The notes under the pieces are model-generated. The model searched no databases, was not told the origin of the DNA, and saw only the letters and a program-made list of their open reading frames with translations. A program made the position numbers and the translations under genes. Below, piece after piece: positions 61,315 to 64,000 of a stretch of DNA of 64,000 bases; within the stretch, counting starts at the first letter, position 1; each line of letters begins with the position of its first letter. Origin of the DNA: an uncultured delta proteobacterium (GTDB lineage Bacteria; Desulfobacterota; Desulfobacteria; Desulfobacterales; Desulfosalsimonadaceae); contig CAWGYD010000006.1 of NCBI GenBank assembly GCA_963826785.1, forward strand, positions 640,001 through 704,000. Direction: 5' to 3'.

Positions 61315-61626
61315 GCAAGATTGAAATCGCTATTGCTCAGAGAAGAATTTTGAGGATTACTGAAAGGCCATAGCTGAAGTACTCCACAACGATCCTCGCC
61401 CAGACATTCTGTTTCTTGAAATAAATCAAGAACAAGTCACATTATTTTTTGCTTCCCCCCATGCCTATATGAAATCTGTGATTTATATCGATTTCATATC
61501 TTGCTGTCTGTGCCTTTTTCCCGATTACACACCCTGCAACACAGGTTGCGCCTGGGCAAAGAAGGCATCAAAATATTTATAGCCCCGGCTCCAGTGGGTG
61601 TATGATTTTTTGAAAGGATGTGAGAC

Positions 61627-62658
61627 ATGGCCGTGTCTGAAAATGAATTTTCCCCGACGACGCGACTGGAAAATGGTTCGACCCCTAATAGGCCCGCATT
61701 ATATGTGACTTTGAGGCAGTACCGAAACCCGAGTACCCGGAAGGCCATCTGGCAATTGGCGAATACACTTCTTGCTTATGGGTTTTTGTGGTTGGCAATG
61801 ATCTGGTTAATCCGGAACGGCTATCATTATGGCTTTGTTCTGGCGCTGGCGGTGGTGGCTGCCTTGTTTCTGGTTCGGGTGTTTATCCTTTTTCATGATT
61901 GCGTCCATGGTTCATTGTTCCCCAAACAAAGCGCCAATACATTTTTCGGGCATGCGCTGGGGGTATTGGTGTTCACACCGTTTGACGACTGGCGTTTCAG
62001 TCATCTTAAACATCATGCGAGCTATGCCAACCTGGACGCTCGCGGGTTCGGCGATATCTGGACCATGACCCGAGAGGAATACGAAAATGCATCAAGGGCA
62101 AAACGATTGTCCTATCGCCTTTACCGTAATCCATTGATACTTTTTGGCTTCGGCGCGGTGTTCAGTTTTTTGCTGCGCTTTCGACTACCGGCACGATTGG
62201 CTACCCGTAAAGCGCGTGTGAGCGTCCTGTTTACCGATCTGCTCATCCTATTTGTCATTCTGATTGCGTCCTGGACGATAGGCTTGAGAACATATATTCT
62301 CATCCAACTGCCGGTGATCTGGTTGGCGGGGGCACTGGGAATCTGGTTTTTCTATGTGCAGCATCAGTTTGAGGGCGTATATTGGGCACGCAGGAGTGAT
62401 TGGGATGCATTGCGCGCAGCACTGGAAGGCAGTTCTTTCTACAAAGTGCCGGCAGTATTGCGCTGGTTTTCGGCTAATATCGGATATCACCATGTTCATC
62501 ACCTGAATTCACGGATTCCGAATTATTCGCTGAAACAATGCCATGACGCCGTGCCGGTCCTCAATAATAAGCCACCCCTCACAGTATGGAAAAGTCTATC
62601 CGGCATCCACCTGAAAATATGGGATGAAAAGAGAAAACAACTGGTCGGTTTCCCTTGA
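61627..62658 (+). CDS. Membrane fatty acid desaturase (Bacillus Des-like)
   Basis: His boxes HDCVH, HLKHH, HHVHH; FYVQHQFE. Confidence 0.9.
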   Translation: MAVSENEFSPTTRLENGSTPNRPALYVTLRQYRNPSTRKAIWQLANTLLAYGFLWLAMIWLIRNGYHYGFVLALAVVAALFLVRVFILFHDCVHGSLFPKQSANTFFGHALGVLVFTPFDDWRFSHLKHHASYANLDARGFGDIWTMTREEYENASRAKRLSYRLYRNPLILFGFGAVFSFLLRFRLPARLATRKARVSVLFTDLLILFVILIASWTIGLRTYILIQLPVIWLAGALGIWFFYVQHQFEGVYWARRSDWDALRAALEGSSFYKVPAVLRWFSANIGYHHVHHLNSRIPNYSLKQCHDAVPVLNNKPPLTVWKSLSGIHLKIWDEKRKQLVGFP

Positions 62659-62828
62659 GTTGCGGGCAAGATTTATTTTAATCCGAACTTCTCATTCCAC
62701 CATGCTTGCCAGCCCCTGGCGCAATCCTGCTGCTTTTACCCATGGAAACTTGAACTGGCAATCCTCAGCAGGCCAATTTCTGCATTACTGTCCGGCCATA
62801 GCCGTAGTGGTGTTGCAATAATGGGGGT

Positions 62829-64000
62829 TTACCGGTCCACTGACATCCGGATGGCTTGAAGGAGTTCAACTGAAGGGGCGGCTTTGTAGACATAGGAACT
62901 GGCACCGGCACGTATCATTTTTTCTTTAATGGAAGGATCATCATGCATGCTCAAGCCGATGATGCAGGTGCGGGGGTGTTTCTTTAAAATCTCTTTAGTG
63001 GCGGCAATGCCATCCATTTCGGGCATGGTGATATCCATCAGGATCACATCCGGGGCGGTCTGGTCGGCCATTTGAATTGCCTCAAGCCCGTTTTCAGCCT
63101 GGGCCACCACCTCCAGATCAGGCTGATTCCGCAAAATGCCGGTCAGCCCCTCGCGCATGACGGCATGATCATCGGCCAGGAGAATACGGATTTTGCTGTT
63201 GCTGACGAAATCGTCCTTTTCGAATTTATTTTTCTCCAGCGCTTCTGGCCAATTTTTAGTCAGCCGTTTTTGGGAAGGATGGGGAATGTTGGGGACCTCG
63301 ATATTGATACGGCACCCGGCGCCCGGGGCGGATTCGATCTTGAAAGAACCTCCCATAAATTGAATCCGCTCCTCTATGGTGAACAAACCGTACCCGGCCC
63401 GATACTCTCGCCGCCGGCGTCGGAACTTGTCCATATCAAATCCCTTTCCGTGGTCGCTGACCGAAATTTGGATACAGCCGTTTTCAGACTTTATCCGAAG
63501 CTCAGCCCGATCCGTGTCAGCGTGTTTGACGATGTTAAAGAGCAATTCCCGGACAGAGCGGAACAGTGCGGCAGCGAGTTTGGGCGAATCGGGCTCTGCT
63601 TCCGGATCGACATGCAGCTCCACTTTCAGGCCGTAGCGTTCTTCTTTGCTTCGGGCCAGCCAATCCAAGGCTGACAGCAGACCGTTTTGCTGCAAGACCG
63701 GCGGGAAAAGCTCATGGGACAGGTTCCGGCATTTCTGAATGCTCTCATCAAGGAGGGACTCCACTGAGGCGACCCTTTCAGCGGTTCCCGGATCATTGAT
63801 TCCATCAGGAAACAGTCCGTCCAGCCGGAAACGGATGGCAGCCAAATACTGCTGGAGATCGTCGTGAAGGATATTGGCGATGCGGCGGCGCTCCAGGTCT
63901 TCCGCGCCGGAGAGTTCCAGGGCCAGCTGCCGCAGGGCCTCGGCCCGATGCTCCGCCTCGGCGGTGCGCTCGGCCACCTGCTGTTCAAGACGCTCGTTGA
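62829..64000 (-). CDS. Hybrid HisKA_3 sensor kinase with C-terminal receiver; 5' end beyond window
   Basis: ERRRIANILHDDLQQ, ELLFNIVKHA, DHGKGF, GYGL; REC LLADDH..DVILMDITMP. Confidence 0.88.
   Translation of the reverse strand, partial: NERLEQQVAERTAEAEHRAEALRQLALELSGAEDLERRRIANILHDDLQQYLAAIRFRLDGLFPDGINDPGTAERVASVESLLDESIQKCRNLSHELFPPVLQQNGLLSALDWLARSKEERYGLKVELHVDPEAEPDSPKLAAALFRSVRELLFNIVKHADTDRAELRIKSENGCIQISVSDHGKGFDMDKFRRRRREYRAGYGLFTIEERIQFMGGSFKIESAPGAGCRINIEVPNIPHPSQKRLTKNWPEALEKNKFEKDDFVSNSKIRILLADDHAVMREGLTGILRNQPDLEVVAQAENGLEAIQMADQTAPDVILMDITMPEMDGIAATKEILKKHPRTCIIGLSMHDDPSIKEKMIRAGASSYVYKAAPSVELLQAIRMSVDR

Larger units (their letters stand above)
56377..64000. mobile_element. 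Decayed genomic island downstream of tRNA-Glu (right boundary not seen)
   Basis: Visible drop in GC; gene fragments, IS, TA pair, tyrosine recombinase; tandem CTGGAAACGGTT x2 at 56420-56443. Confidence 0.65.

Overview
Chromosomal window of a GC-rich anaerobe, most likely Desulfobacterota/Desulfobacterales (inferred from Hdr/MvhD, a Sec codon, DsrE, a MesB-like gene and the repeat types). In order: RND efflux genes; a GGDEF gene that looks internally deleted; a 5'-nucleotidase; a cytochrome bd operon (cydAB plus a small DUF2474-like peptide, followed by a DUF2231-cytochrome c gene); an OM-barrel/lipoprotein/acyl-CoA ligase operon; a ~14 kb minus-strand operon in which hdrC-hdrB-hdrA(L)-mvhD(Sec)-metV-mvhD2-metF sits between three split glutamate-synthase-like genes (about 20 mostly +1 frameshifts, probably read errors); a complex I-like operon with only the membrane arm (nuoA-H-J-K-L-M-N); housekeeping genes (CPA1 antiporter, carboxyltransferase, tag, tatA, MoxR/VWA, recD2, trkAH); tRNA-Lys and tRNA-Glu; then a lower-GC island with IS1634, BrnT/antitoxin, a frameshifted tyrosine recombinase, a fatty acid desaturase and a hybrid kinase. 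The best candidate for an undescribed system is the membrane-arm-only nuo operon, which has eroded quinone-module interfaces, a Met-rich NuoJ loop, a 4x25-aa NuoL transverse helix and changed channel charges. The second candidate is the GltB/Hdr/MetFV super-operon. All calls come from motif recognition by eye; no database searches were run.
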